Counted from the first letter of the stretch, positions 1-12,684 are shown. The stretch is 32,658 nucleotides of DNA from Bigelowiella natans CCMP2755 (GCA_000320545.1 ADNK01002465.1:1-32658), one strand, 5' to 3'. The notes: generated from the letters alone by a model not told the origin. Numbers and translations: made by a program.

Positions 1-1833
1 CCCTTTCCCGAACACTTCGCCCCCATGCCCTCCACTTGCTATTGCTGTATTTAGGCTACAACAAGGAGACAACTCCCCCCCATATCTTCGGAAGCGGCCC
101 CCCCGCAAAGTCTAAAGTGTATCCTGCCGAAATGAACGTTGATGGGGGGGGGGAGGAGGGGGGGGGTTATTGCATATACACAGTCAGAGCAACAATACTT
201 CTTCTCACACCACACAGCTACCCCCGCAGTATCATTTCACACACAACATTCTATCAAGATTACTCTCTCTCTATCATCCCTCCCAACTACCTGAAAAGCC
301 AGCCATTCGTCCGGCGCGCTCTCGTCGTAATCAAAGCGAATGCGTGTCAGGGTCTCCTGTATCTCTGGCCGGATTCTATCTAAGAGCGATAGTGGAAGCC
401 GCTCGTTGAGCAACGGTGACGATGTGCTCCATTCTAACATCTGGCCGAGGTTCCCAGATCGGAGGGGATTGAACATGTCGAAGTACCTGATCATCGAGAA
501 GTACACACAATGTGATGATGATGAAGGGACGACCGTCACCTCTTTCGCGTTGTATCCGAGCGATGCATCAGGCATAATATCACACTATTACTCTACGGCA
601 CTGAGTTTCACGAATAAGGGCCGTCGATTCGCTATTATTACCTCGAGATCTTGGTGAAGAGATTTCTGTACTCCTGGTTTGCTTCCAATTGGCGCAGAAG
701 CTGCGTGTAGGGAGATCCCTCTTTTGACAATTTGGCCGAAAGAAAAGGGGCGCGTTTTATTCGAGGAAGGAGGAGGAGGAGGAGGAGGAGATTGATGATG
801 TGTGAGTGCGGAATACTATGCCGAAAGCATATTACGAATGGCTTTAACAACAACAATAACAACAACAAGAGTCGGGCAATAGATATGGAACTTCCTGTTG
901 GGCCTCCTACCTACTATCATTGCATAAAGACAGTACCACATCATCCCTAATTACTCATTCATTGAACACCTTTTATGAGGCTGGGATCGAGGACGGACTG
1001 CATGCCGTTCTGAACCTTGACGAGCAGAAACTGCGTTGCGGTGCGAATGTGCCCGTAGTTGGAGGACAGGTGGCTCATCGTTGCATTCCACATACGGCGG
1101 AATATCTAATAAAAAGGATGACGCGCGAAGATTATTAATTTGTTGCAGTGCGTAGGGATAGTGGGGGGCAAAAATTAGCCACGATTTAAATTTTTCAAAT
1201 CCCCCTCTCATATCAATCATCTTCTCTCACACCTCCCTTGCTTCTACGATAGATTTTGCGTTTTCCCTCCTCCTCCTCCTCCTCCTCCTCCTCCTCCTTC
1301 GCCCATTTTTCTCTCACCGGTATGAGACGAGGATGGGTGCTCACGTGGGGGAACGAAGGTGAAGAAGAAGAAGAAGAAGAAGATGCTGATGACACCGACG
1401 CCGCTTCTCTCCTCTTCGCTGTAAACCGGTACGCGACGAATCCGCTGATGATGACGATGCTGGCCTTTACTGTCGGGCGAATACTGGTAGATTCAAGCCC
1501 AGGTAGAAGCAGCGTATCGATCAGCTCCGGCTGGATACTAAATACGTTGACCAAAAACGCCTCCACGAAGTGCCTCAGGGCTGGGGTCTGCGTGTTCCGA
1601 AGGCACTTCCATGCAGCATTTCCGAGTTCATCTATCAACGGCATGTTTGGCGGCTGTCCTGTATCACCTCTCGTTGGTCCGACCTTTGCAGCTCCTTGTG
1701 GTTTGCTGCTGCTGCTGCTGCGGCGGCTGTGTTTCTCCTCCAAAGACGCGTTTTGGATCTCCATCAGGTGGGGAGACAGGGCTGCCAGGGCGATCCAGAG
1801 GTAAGTGGCCTATCAGGGATAAATAATTCACAA

Positions 1834-1877
<44 letters not shown>

Positions 1878-2003
1878 TGAGTGCAAAAGCATACAAAAAC
1901 ACAAACCGCACAACACATAATCTACGATCTCGACGGTGTGTGTAACATCGTCAATGAGAACTAACAAGGAGGCGATCGACTAATCACATATGTATACACT
2001 ACA

Positions 2004-2034
<31 letters not shown>

Positions 2035-2412
2035 TTACTACTACTATTCCTCCTCCTCTTCCTACCCTGAGCGACGTCGGTGAGTCCATAAACGCCATTT
2101 TCCCTTTACACGGAACAAAGTCTTCGTCGAAGTTCATACGCATCAGCATGCGCAACACGTACGCCAGGAAAGAAGCCGCCTCCCGTCGGGATGACGATGA
2201 CGACGATGGTGGTGGTGGTGGTGATGATGATGATGATGAGACTGATCGTGCTAGTGTCTCGAGGCAGATGAGCGATGTCGCGCGGCACATAGCGCTTGCC
2301 GTTATTCCTACCTGAATATTGCGTGTTGTTGCAGGGGTGTGTACGTGTGTGCATGTGCTCACATACGTGTGTGCATGTGCTCACATACGTGTGTGTGTGT
2401 GTGCGAGAGAGG

Positions 2413-2469
<57 letters not shown>

Positions 2470-2577
2470 TGTTTGAAAGAGAATAAGGGAGAGGTGGCTG
2501 CGCTGCGGAGAGAGAGAGGGAGAAATGCCAGATGTTCGAATACAGCAGCTCGCAGTGAAGTATTCAGTTATGCTTCT

Positions 2578-2616
<39 letters not shown>

Positions 2617-4393
2617 TACATCGGTGTGAGGTTCTTCGGGCAGGATGTAAAGCCGATCCTTGATGTCTTTATTCAGCATATGCGTCAGGTGAGCTTCGTA
2701 CAGTGCACGCAGCTGGCCCATGAGAGCGGGTGGGAGCGTGGTCATGTCCTTGTCGTAGGCGGTCAATAAAGCCACCATCCGCTTCACATAGCACCCTAGC
2801 ACGGCCGGAGTATGGGCCAAGTTCGCTGTGAAAGCAGGGAGAAACACCACCGCGACATAACCAGACCCACGCGCAGAGATCATCGCTCCCTCGATCAGCT
2901 GGTGGCGGGGGACAGGGATGCAAAGGAGTAGAAAGGTCAGAGTCGTTGTTGTTGTTCATGATGATGACGATGATGACGACGGCCCACTCTCTTTGTGGAT
3001 GATGGCGAGTGTGCGAGCAGCAGCAGCATCGTTATTATCGCATGTTATCAACACGAAACCGATATCGATTACTATAAATGGCAAAGCATAAATGAGACGT
3101 AGACCAGATTCAGGCAGCGTGTGAGGGGGCTACTCCTCTCCCCATCCTCTTCTGCTCGCTGCTGCTTCTGCTGCTGTTGGGACTGTTTGCTTTGCTGCTT
3201 TTTCTTGTTGGTCTTGCGCTTCTGCTGCTTCCTGCCTTTCTTCTGGGTAATGGCTGTCGTGAGCGGTTCCTGTGCGGGGTCTATCCTAGCCGAATCGAGA
3301 TCGACGGGGGGGTGCAACCGATGCAACCCTATTACCCCGAAGATTGAACGTGACTGAGTAGGTGAGTAGCAGAGCATGCATGTGAGAAGTAGCCACCAAG
3401 AACACCCTACCGAGAATCACCAACAATTTTAGCCCCGCGTCAGCTGGGACGTACATGCACGCACTCATGCACCTACCGTGATGAAAGCAACGAGAGCTGT
3501 AACTGCAGCCTTGTTCCTCCGTACCCTTACATCCCGAGAGAACTCTTTACTGCTGGCCACTATCATCTCCTCTATCAAAGCCCGCTTCTGCTGCTTCTGC
3601 TGCTGCTGCCCCCCTCCCGCATCTCCATCAACACCAACCGTGTCGCAAGCCCAGATCACTGGGGAGAGCAGCCGTGCGATGTGCCAGAGACTCTCACCAA
3701 CAATAGGAATCTACCGTGAAAGGGTTGAGGGGAGGATATTAACAGAGAATCGCACACGCGTAGTGATGTTACGAACAGAAAGGGGGGAGAGGGGGGGTAA
3801 GAGGGAGGAAAGGAGGCAATTATCAAGAAGCAGCAACCGGCATGGGCGTGGTGTTAGCGCGTCCGTTAACGTCGCCTCTTCCTACAATCGTCGAGCTGCC
3901 TCCTATGGCCATCATACGCACAATAACTCGCCACATCCGCAACACACATCGTTTCTGCTCCCTTTCCGCTTCTTCTTCTTCCTCCCCCTCCCCCTCCGCC
4001 TCCTCCTTCTTGTTCTTCTCCGCACCCCTCAATCCCCCCCCCTGTTTCCGATCTGCAGCTCCGCCCTCGCCCTTTCTATGAATCCACGGGAATAGAGCCT
4101 TGCCTTGGTGTTCTAAGATATTTCGTATCGTCCCCCACAACCATCCCATAATCGCTGCTGCCACGTGCTGGTCATCCTGCGCTGCTGCTGCTACTGCTTT
4201 ACGCTTCTTCTCTTCCCCCACCCCTTGCTCCCCCTCATCCACTTCCACAGCATCCACTGCATCCCATATGTACAGCAACCTGTGGAGAACCTCCCATGCC
4301 TATCATATTGAAGACAGCGTAGCAATGCGGGGCGGGGGGGAGGGGGGCGCAACGATTCAGTTATTCAGCTGGTTATATGTATATATATATATA

Positions 4394-4428
<35 letters not shown>

Positions 4429-5816
4429 GAGAACATGACCGACTAGCGACAGCGATAACGACGACAGTAAAAAGGAAGGAAGAGACAAAAAGATGAGCGA
4501 AAGGAGGAGGAAAGCGACGAAAACAGCCATCCTTAGTCATATAGTTGGCCAGTCGCCACCATATCTGATGCTGCCGCGTAGCGAAATTAAGAACGGCAAA
4601 GAAACGTCGAGGATGCATCGCACGGACCGTCTTAGGGGGGAAGAGCTTTGCACCAGCGGCGCTGTTCAGAACGCAATCGAGGCCAAAAAGGCCGCGCGAG
4701 ATCGCGGAGACACAGCGTTTGCCGACCGGCGTCGTGTCCACGTGGCGCTTTACCGCTGCTAACAGCCTCAGTGCAAGCTGTGATATTGTACTTTCATATC
4801 CCCCAACGCCACGAATGCCCCCTCCTTCTCCTGCATATAATCGTACACACACACACACACACACATTCACACGTTATAAAATATAAAATACGAGGAACAA
4901 CGCAAGAATGGGGAGCAAATCAAAGAGGGAGTAACAGACGACGAAGAGGAGGGGGGCTGCAAGCGCAAGCACACAACCATGTTGCTCCACCATCATTCGA
5001 TCACGGAACAACTTGGAACAAAACTGCGAGAGCGAAGTGAGGATGCTGCCTGCCACTGGAAGCATTGCTCGGTCCCATAGCAACGGCTGCATCGTCGCTT
5101 CGGGAGCTGCGTTCTGTGACAACGTAGCAGCGACTCGAGACAGAATCTCTCCAATCCACTGTGTGAGCAGCCGACCCGTATGTAATTAAAGGGCATTATT
5201 GAGTAAGTAGGAGTGGTGGTAGTAGCGTCACACAATCGTTGCATGGAGAAGGAAAGAGGGAAATGTGTAGCATAATTCGTCTCTTGGCCCCACCCCACAG
5301 CAGATCCTATTCTCTCTTTCTCTCTCCCTCGCTGTCCCCCCCCCCCTTCTCTCCCCCTTTCATCGTCTCCATGATCCATCTCGACTGATATCATCATCAC
5401 GATAACAATACCGGTGGTGAATCTCTCATCAATATTCGTTCACTCTCTCTTCTTGCACCAAATCCTCCCATTTCCGAGCTTCTCATATGTGTGCATCTGC
5501 GATGATGATGATGACCTTGTGATGCTCTTCCCCGCTACTGCTGCAGCCCCTGCTCGCGATCATCATGGCCTGTGCAATAGGCCCGTCGTCTGCAAGAACT
5601 CGTTCGGTTACAGCCATCACTCTCACTATCATCGTCTGCGATGCATACGGGTGCGAGAAAGCCTAAATAAAGCAGCAAAAGCAGCGACGACGACAACAAC
5701 AATAACAACAACAAAGGTGACGACCAAATAGCATTCAGGGCGGGGACACGGGGAAGTGACGATACGTAAAAACACAGGCATGCACTTTGGAACGCACAGG
5801 GAGAGAAGAGAAGAGG

Positions 5817-5865
<49 letters not shown>

Positions 5866-8400
5866 ATGTCACTTGCATGGCACACATCTCCCCTATTCAT
5901 ATCACCCTTCTCGCTCTTGTGATGATGTCTATCGCGGCCCTCTCCAGCGCAGCTTCCGAACGTGCAGGAAGCAGTCTCAGTAATACGCCCAGGGTCTTGG
6001 CCTCGGAAATCAACTCCTGTGGGAAGGAAAAGGGGGGAGCAGTAGAGTGCAGGAAAAACGGAAGGTAATGGGGGGGGGGGGGGGGGGAGGGAGATGTGAT
6101 CAGCATTCGGTCTGTTTTTCTTATTATTTACATTCTTCGCTGCCGTCGCTATTAACGAGTTTCACGCTCTGCCATTTGCATTCCAATGCATCTTGATTTG
6201 CTTTGTAATTGGCTTCGAAACACAACATGGGGTTGCTCCAAAATAGATACTATCCATACCGTAGCAGCGGCAACTTCCCCAGCGGCACCATCGCCATGAT
6301 TCATATCACCATCAAGAAAACGTCCGAAAAGTCCGGTCATTACTATCTTCTCCATCCATCCCGCCCCCCCCCCCTGACCAGCTGCTGCTTCTTGAAAGCG
6401 CTGCCTGAGCCTTTCATACACAGTCTGGCCAGGGAGGAGATGGCGATGAGGCACGGGGTGCAGCACACGGAGCATCGACGTTAGTGACAACTGTGAGAGA
6501 TCTAGCTGCGACACCACGAAGCCAACCGCCATCTCCATGTAGAGTCGCCGCACGCGTACATCACAAACACGCCTGCAACGCGATATAAGAGAGAGAAAGC
6601 ATTCGAAATTGCCCCTGTTTCCCTCCCCCGATTTCACATCTTCACTGTCCTTGTCGCCGCTGCGGTCGTCATCGCCGTCATCCCCCTCGCGCACAGCGTT
6701 CGTCGGGCGGACGGCACCGAGTGCCTTCAGGAGCGAGGCAAGTGCAAGGTGAGAATCGATGCGCGACACGGCCTCTACCACCTGACGCACAGCGACTCTC
6801 CGTCGTCGATCATCGGGAATGGAGTTCAACGTGGCCTGGATCACGTCCGTCAGGCGCGCGACGACCGCCATCTTTCTCTCCGATTCGAATCGATAAAGGG
6901 AGGGAGAGTTGAGGAAGGGGATGAGCTCGCGTAGCACCAATTCCACAGTGAACACTGAGGTCACCGACGGCGAAAGACGGAGGGGTTGAGGGGTTGTCTT
7001 TTGCTGCTGCAGCTGTCTTTTCCCCTCCTCCTCCCTTTTCTTCTTGTCATTACCATCTGCCGTCGCTCTCTTCGTCGCCTCCTTAGCGCCGTTCTTTTTT
7101 TCATCATCATCATCATCACCACCACCACCATCGACGGCTTCTTGGCAGAATTTGAGGGCAACGTGACGTCGCACTGCTTGGTTCTTATGCTTCAATGCAA
7201 GCCTCAGCATTAAATGTGCCCACTCGACCATACTGGCATCTTTGATATGAAGTATTTCCGATGTCGCTGCACGTTCCCACACCTCCGCATTCAAGTGTAA
7301 GCTGGGAGGCATAGAGCAAGAGAGAGGGGGGGGAGGGAGAGCAGCAGAGATTTGAGCTGTCAAACGACGGAACATGCGGGAGAAGACAAAACACGTTCTG
7401 CAGTCCACTATCTACACAACCCACACTCTACTAATTTCTTCATTCTTCTTCTTCTTCTTCCACTAGCACTACGGCTACTTCTACAAGAATTATAACAATA
7501 ATTCGAAAACGTGAACCCTTTCGCTACCACCACCACTACTACTGCTACTGCTGCGCTACTACCCATGCTCTTCCATCGCCTCGAGAATGTCCAAGAACGC
7601 GATCCAAAGCCGGTGAGAGAACCCTCCCTTATCAACTGGCCGCTGCAATCCCAGTGCCAGTCGAGCACGGACGAGGAATCTTGCGCGTTTGCGGATGAGA
7701 GGGTCTCCGTGCGCTACGCCGGCCTTACACATCCTCACCATCCACCCATCAATCTCCCGCGCCAGCTGCTTTCCCAATCTTGCATAAAAGTGACAGAGAA
7801 TCGAGAAGCACAACCAGCTCCAATCGCTCTTTTTTCTACTACCAGTGCCTCTGCCGCGTCGTTTGCTCTTTTGTGTCGCCACCACCGCTTTCGTCGTCAC
7901 CGTCTTCCGCTTGTTGCTGGCTCCCGATGCGCTGTCATTAGACTTGCTGTTGCTGTTGCTCCCCCCCCCCCCCTCCTCCTTCTCCTCTTTTGTCAGCTTA
8001 TTCCGTGTCTCCCATATTTTTTGAACAGTCTGGACGATGGATTGTATGCCAGCATTGGAGAGTGGAAGGCACGGCAGCACCCGCTGAGTAAGCACACCGA
8101 TCTTGGGGTGTGGGGCCGAGCGGGCAAGGAGCGTTGCAAGGGAGATGTCAAGAAGATCTTTCACGAATCGACGGAACGACGGCGATGATGACGATGACGA
8201 CGATGAAGCTTCTACTTCCATCATATTAGTATCGCTTCTTCCACTTCCTTTATCTACTGCTGCTCCTGCTGCTATTGCAAGCTTTCCCTCAACTTTCTTC
8301 TCCTCATCCTCACTACCTCCAGAGATCTGCTGCTGCTGCTGCTGCTGCTGATACTGCTGTACCATTTGCTCAACAAACGTGCACACACTCAGAAAGTTTG

Positions 8401-8431
<31 letters not shown>

Positions 8432-9124
8432 CACCGCCTCTCCTCTAGATGGCCCACGTGTTAAGTGCTGCTGGATCTGCTCCTTGAGCATCTTTTGGAG
8501 GGATACTCCGATGTTCTCGCGGTATGACGGGAGCGCAGCAACCCTTGCAAGAGCCTCCGTCGAGCGTGCTTGCACATCCTCTAAGCTGTTGCTGTTCAAC
8601 AGTATTCCGGCAGCCTTCCGAGACACATCAACAGCCAACGATTGCCCCAGTCGTTTCGCATCCGGTGGAGAAGTGCGATGTAATTCAGCCAGGAGGTCCG
8701 TGATGGCGAATATGAACATGAGTATTGTCCCTCTCGGGGTCTCTTCGCCATTTCCTACCCCCTCTCTGACAGCATTGAGCCCCCTCCCAAGCGCAGACAG
8801 CAGAGAACTGCAGAAAGAGTTACAGATTGCAATATCAACCCTGTTTGTCCCTTGACCCTGAGAGTAGCAACAAAATATTATCAGTGGCGCAGATGAAGGA
8901 CAGTGAGCAGGTTTTGCCACAACCTGAATAGCAAAGGCGACGAGGGATTTTGCCAAATGTCGAGCCGTAATAGACTGCGAGAAAGATCTGCCTCCCACCG
9001 GCCCCTCGGCTTTCAAGCGTCTTCCTGCTGCCTGCAATGCTTGCACGAGGAGGGAACCGGGCGAGGACGCCATTGGGCTTGGGGGTTCGTTCGGTACGAA
9101 TAGAAATGCCGAAGAAACCGGCAT
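1..9124 (-). CDS. TARBP1: tRNA (guanosine-18 2'-O)-methyltransferase TARBP1/Trm3-like, multi-exon; 3' end (expected SpoU domain) lies beyond the left edge
   Basis: Hand-spliced GT-AG exons give TARBP1/Trm3-like motifs in the correct order: AGVAHGDPLIRKRARFLV, LWIAFLDILEAMEEHG|LHLNAEVW (junction 7563/7301), WAHLMLRLALKHKNQAVR, AFIT|SRSIFGVIGLH, YLWIALAALSP, TPALRHFVEAFLVNVF, HLSSNYGHIRTATQFLL, YFDMFNP. The start is either MPVSS (9124) or the downstream MASSPG. Many poly-S/Q/D/E insertions. The catalytic domain is not visible in this window. Confidence 0.82.
1837..1871. repeat. (GA)n microsatellite in a TARBP1 intron
   Basis: Perfect GA dinucleotide run. Confidence 0.95.
2342..2395. repeat. 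22-bp tandem repeat (about 2.5 copies) next to (GT)n/(GA)n in a TARBP1 intron
   Basis: TACGTGTGTGCATGTGCTCACA at 2342-2363 and 2364-2385, plus a partial third copy. Confidence 0.9.
2578..2616. repeat. (ATC)13 microsatellite
   Basis: Perfect trinucleotide run just inside a predicted donor site. Confidence 0.95.
4397..4426. repeat. (TG)15 microsatellite preceded by a TA run
   Basis: Perfect dinucleotide run, intronic. Confidence 0.95.
5819..5855. repeat. (GA)n microsatellite
   Basis: Perfect dinucleotide run, intronic. Confidence 0.95.
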
Positions 9125-9643
9125 TTTCAACCTGAGACAACTAACTCAGGATGTCGTATGGAAAATATCTCAATGCTCGATGGATCTATTCCTAATATCG
9201 AAGTTCTCGGGATCATATTTTTCCCAAATGAGCACGCAGTTCTCCGACATCCTCCTCTGGAACACCGGCAGAAGAACTCCTTGCATGCATTTCCCCCAGA
9301 AAAGTAACGCCCAAAATCAGATCATGTTCGCGATTTTACCCAATCGAAACAAGAAAACCAACATTTTATTCAAAAACGGATGAGGTTTTCCAGGCATGTC
9401 GCTTTCCAAGCCGTCTCTTCGATGGAATTTTTATCGGAAAATCAAGTTTATTTTTTGACGCAGATGGAAAACCCCCATCTCACGAATTATGAGCAGGCCA
9501 ACATGAATCCAATCTTCCACCTCATCCAGCGAAAGGTTCCTTGAGAGGGGGGGCAAGGGAAATTGTGCGTTCTAATATTCGCTTTTTCGTTTTAAGAAAG
9601 GCTTTAGTATATGTTTCCATGAATTTACATATCTACATCAGGA
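9125..9643. promoter_or_regulatory. Divergent intergenic region and 5' UTRs, TARBP1 / Cys-rich gene (putative bidirectional promoter)
   Basis: About 520 bp, AT-richer and repeat-free, between head-to-head start codons; no specific motif proven. Confidence 0.5.
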
Positions 9644-10943
9644 ATGTGGGGAAGCTCTCTGCTTATTGTCTGGGCAGCGTTTTCCCAATGCCAAGCCCAG
9701 ACTTCATTCTCTCCACCAACGATGTCATGTGAACCGGGCTACTACAAAGGTACCAGCGATGAATTTTCAACCACATAGGACCACTTTCAATTATTTACAT
9801 ATGTAAGTGTTTTATATATGAAGTATATATGCGTATATTTTTAGAGAAAAATGTTGTTAAATCAATTCGTGTTGTTAAATCAATTCGTCAGGTGGTAGTA
9901 GTGGCGAGTGCATTGAGTGCGGCATCGGATTCTATTGTCCAGACGGTAGTAGTAGGTTTTCCTGCCCTTCCCTGGCTTCGACTGTCAACGCTACAGCAAC
10001 GAGCGTAACCGAATGTGCCTGCACTGCTGGCTCGAGTGGGTGGGCATTTGCTGGTGAGAACTGTAGAGCATGTGTGTCCGGGGACTTCTGCCCTGCCTTC
10101 TCTTCTGATGCTATCGATTGTCCTCCTGGCTACTACTGCCCCGGAACAACGCAGAAGATTGCATGCAAGCCTGGCCAATATTGTCCGGGAAGAATAGAGA
10201 CCCCTATCGAGTGTCCAGCCGGATCGTTCTGTATGAATCCTAGCACGATTGAAGCCTGCGCAATTGGTCTAGGCTTCTTCTGTCCAGCTGGCTCAACCAA
10301 CATGAGTGTATGCCCAGAGGGCTTTCGTTGTCAAATTCCGAGCGTCAAGGTGCCCTGCGGCCGTGCAGAGATGTGCCCTGCGGGGACCGTTTCCAAGGTG
10401 TTGTGCTCTACCGGCTTTCAGTGTGGCGACGGCGAGACCAAGAAGTGCGATGCGACTTACTACTGTCCTGATGGCACCGCCTTTCAGAGGCCATGCCCGA
10501 AAGGCTATTACTGTCCCACATCAGACAATCTCGTGGAGTGCACATACGGTGAGTATTGCCCGGAAGGGAGCGTGGCGAATTTTCCCTGTCCTGCAGGTTT
10601 CCTATGCGATTCCCCATCGGAAAAGCGACCCTGCTCTCTCGGGACGTTCTGCCCTCCAGGTTCACATGAGGAAATAATCTGTCCCTCCGGCTCATTTTGT
10701 GAGACCCCTGCAGACGTAAAGAACTGCCCTGCGAACTCGCACAGCAACGCAGGTTCCTTCCTCCTGTCCAACTGTACGTGCAACAGTGGGTTTGCGGGCA
10801 AGCTGGAGGTAGCTGGGGATGTATGTGAGCATCCACCCACACACGCTCCCACTGTGAGCCCTACAAGAAATAACCCAACCTCGAGCCCTAATACCGGCTC
10901 TGCGTCACCGACTGTAGGGCCGACGGAGGAGTTCTTCGAGTAA
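9644..10943 (+). CDS. Secreted cysteine-rich repeat protein (GCC2/GCC3- or ephrin-receptor-like CPxGxYCP repeats) with a Pro/Thr/Ser tail, about 385 aa
   Basis: Exon 1 is 9644-9749 (MWGSSLLIVWAAFSQCQA, signal-peptide-like), followed by a GT-AG intron 9750-9891. Exon 2 (9892-10943) is in frame with the 10074 ORF. Many CxxGxY/FCP units; tail PPTHAPTVSPT...SPTVGPT. Confidence 0.8.
9852..9887. repeat. Perfect 18-bp tandem duplication just before the intron acceptor
   Basis: TGTTGTTAAATCAATTCG twice (9852-9869, 9870-9887). Confidence 0.95.
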
Positions 10944-11488
10944 TAGTTTAATTTACTTATATTCGATCCTGAGATATATGCTCTGCGGGTGGAAAAATGA
11001 CTAGATGCATGAAATTAAATTTTAAATTCGCACGTACTTGTGCAGTTCATTGCAGCGAACTTGCAGCTGTCACCATGTCTCTTTGCGTGCATGAAGCAGC
11101 CGCTGAGTGGTGCGCCTGGCGAGTTGCATCGCTACTTCGGTGTTTTTGCACACTGCTCAAGTGTAGCACATGTACATCATGTCTCACCATTGCAACAACG
11201 TGCTGCTGGATTTGGCTGCAGCTAGAGTCAAGATAGTCATCAAGCCTAGATACATTACAGGAGCTCGTGCCCACTCTGAAGGTGTGTCTACATGCGGTCA
11301 GAGCAACATGGCGTGAACTAGTGGCCGGTACACCGGTCAACAAATCCAAACACGCACTAGTACGCACACGCACCCCTCTCCGATGCGCTGCATGCATGCT
11401 GCAATGTGCAGTACATGTAGCAGCCGACGAAATAATCGAACAACAATAATGCAATGTGCGAAGCCATCCATCATTATATAACCCATGA

Positions 11489-11631
11489 AATATGCTCAGC
11501 TTCATAAATCACTGCATGAAACACATTGTGGCAGAAACCAACAGATGCAACTTTAGCGCTGTAGCCGCTGCATTGCACAGCTACATCAGGATGACCATTG
11601 AAAAAATTTAATTCTTCATTACATCCGTCTC
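11489..11631 (+). mobile_element. Decayed coding repeat, copy A; possible piggyBac-like transposase N-terminal fragment
   Basis: Reads NMLSFINHCMKHIVAETNRCNFSAVAAALHSYIRMTIEKI*FFITSVS. 11519-11631 matches the reverse complement of 26763-26875 at 92/113 nt ungapped. The F-x6-HIVxETNR...FI spacing resembles DDE_Tnp_1_7. The repeat is certain; the family call is tentative. Confidence 0.45.
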
Positions 11632-11723
11632 ATAAATCACGATGCTGTTGTCACGTGCATCAAATGAACAGGATGAATTCATTGGTTACGTTGGTCCCTC
11701 ACGACGTGCGTCATGCACAGTGC

Positions 11724-12684
11724 CTACTGCTTGGTAACCTTTCTTGTAACATTTCTCACGTAAGTCGCTAGATTATACCGCAATTTTATGTCCTGGTCAA
11801 TGTATATCTGATCGCCCGCCATGGCACCCCCGTTCTTATTGAGCACGTAGGCCAGCTCCAACCCGCATCGCTTGCTGAGCATTTCGTCGAAGACCGCGAT
11901 CACAGGCGAGGCCCCACCTCCATAGCGGGAGTCAAAATCATAGTGGTGCCATTCTACAGTAAGCTGGTCGATGCGTGTGCAGCGGTCGCCATCTTCGATG
12001 AGCTGCTCAAGGAAGCCATATTCGGATCCCTAAGATTGATAATGCGACTGAATGCTACGGCGAAGCCGTGTGAGGATGAGGATGAGGGTGATGATGTGAT
12101 AGTGAAGATGGAGGTGATGCCGTGGCGACGACAACAACAGTGAGATAATGACGAAGATTTGTTGTGGTGATTGGAATGGTGAGGATGATCAAGATGATGA
12201 GCAAAGGTTATCTCAATCTGCAAAAGTGCAATACCTCGACATCGATCTTCAGGACATCCACGTGATCATGGCTTCAGTCCGACGTAATCACCCCCCCCCC
12301 CCCCCCCACACACACAAGAGCGAAGAAAGAGAGAAAAGAGAGAGAGAGAGGCACACATAAATACACAAGCTTAAAGCACGAACGAACTTGAGAGTGGATG
12401 TAAGTGGTGACTCACCCCAACTCATCCATTATAGACCCCATTGTGCGCACCGGGAGCTCGAAAGTCTTTGTGGTCGGACCGGGGTCAACCTGTCCAAAGT
12501 GCACACCAACTCGTGAGATAAGTGTCCTGCATTTTCACAGGTAGGGTAGATAGGTATGCTGTCTGCACGGTGGCACAATTACGTGGTATACTGGCGTATG
12601 TACGTACTGAGTCTTTCTCTCTCTCGCATACACAGAGATGCACTCATACACTCGTGGTGTGCGTGTGTGCGCATAGGCTTGTAC

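Noticed and set aside
2342-2395. CRISPR-like or telomeric repeat
   Set aside because: Simple tandem duplication with no spacers; no TTAGGG-type arrays are present in the window
36-8855. Many plus-strand ORFs with poly-S/E/I/C/R runs (for example 1256-1804, 3478-4095, 7511-8188)
   Set aside because: These are antisense shadows of TARBP1 exons and microsatellite translations with no recognisable domains
8870-8905. In-frame peptide VVAKPAHCPSSAPLIIFCCYSQ in the 523-aa ORF
   Set aside because: It most likely is a stop-free 66-nt GT-AG intron rather than protein
11170-11260. Kinase-like string NNVLLDLAAARVKIV in relic DNA
   Set aside because: No HRD or DFG and no flanking subdomains; likely chance
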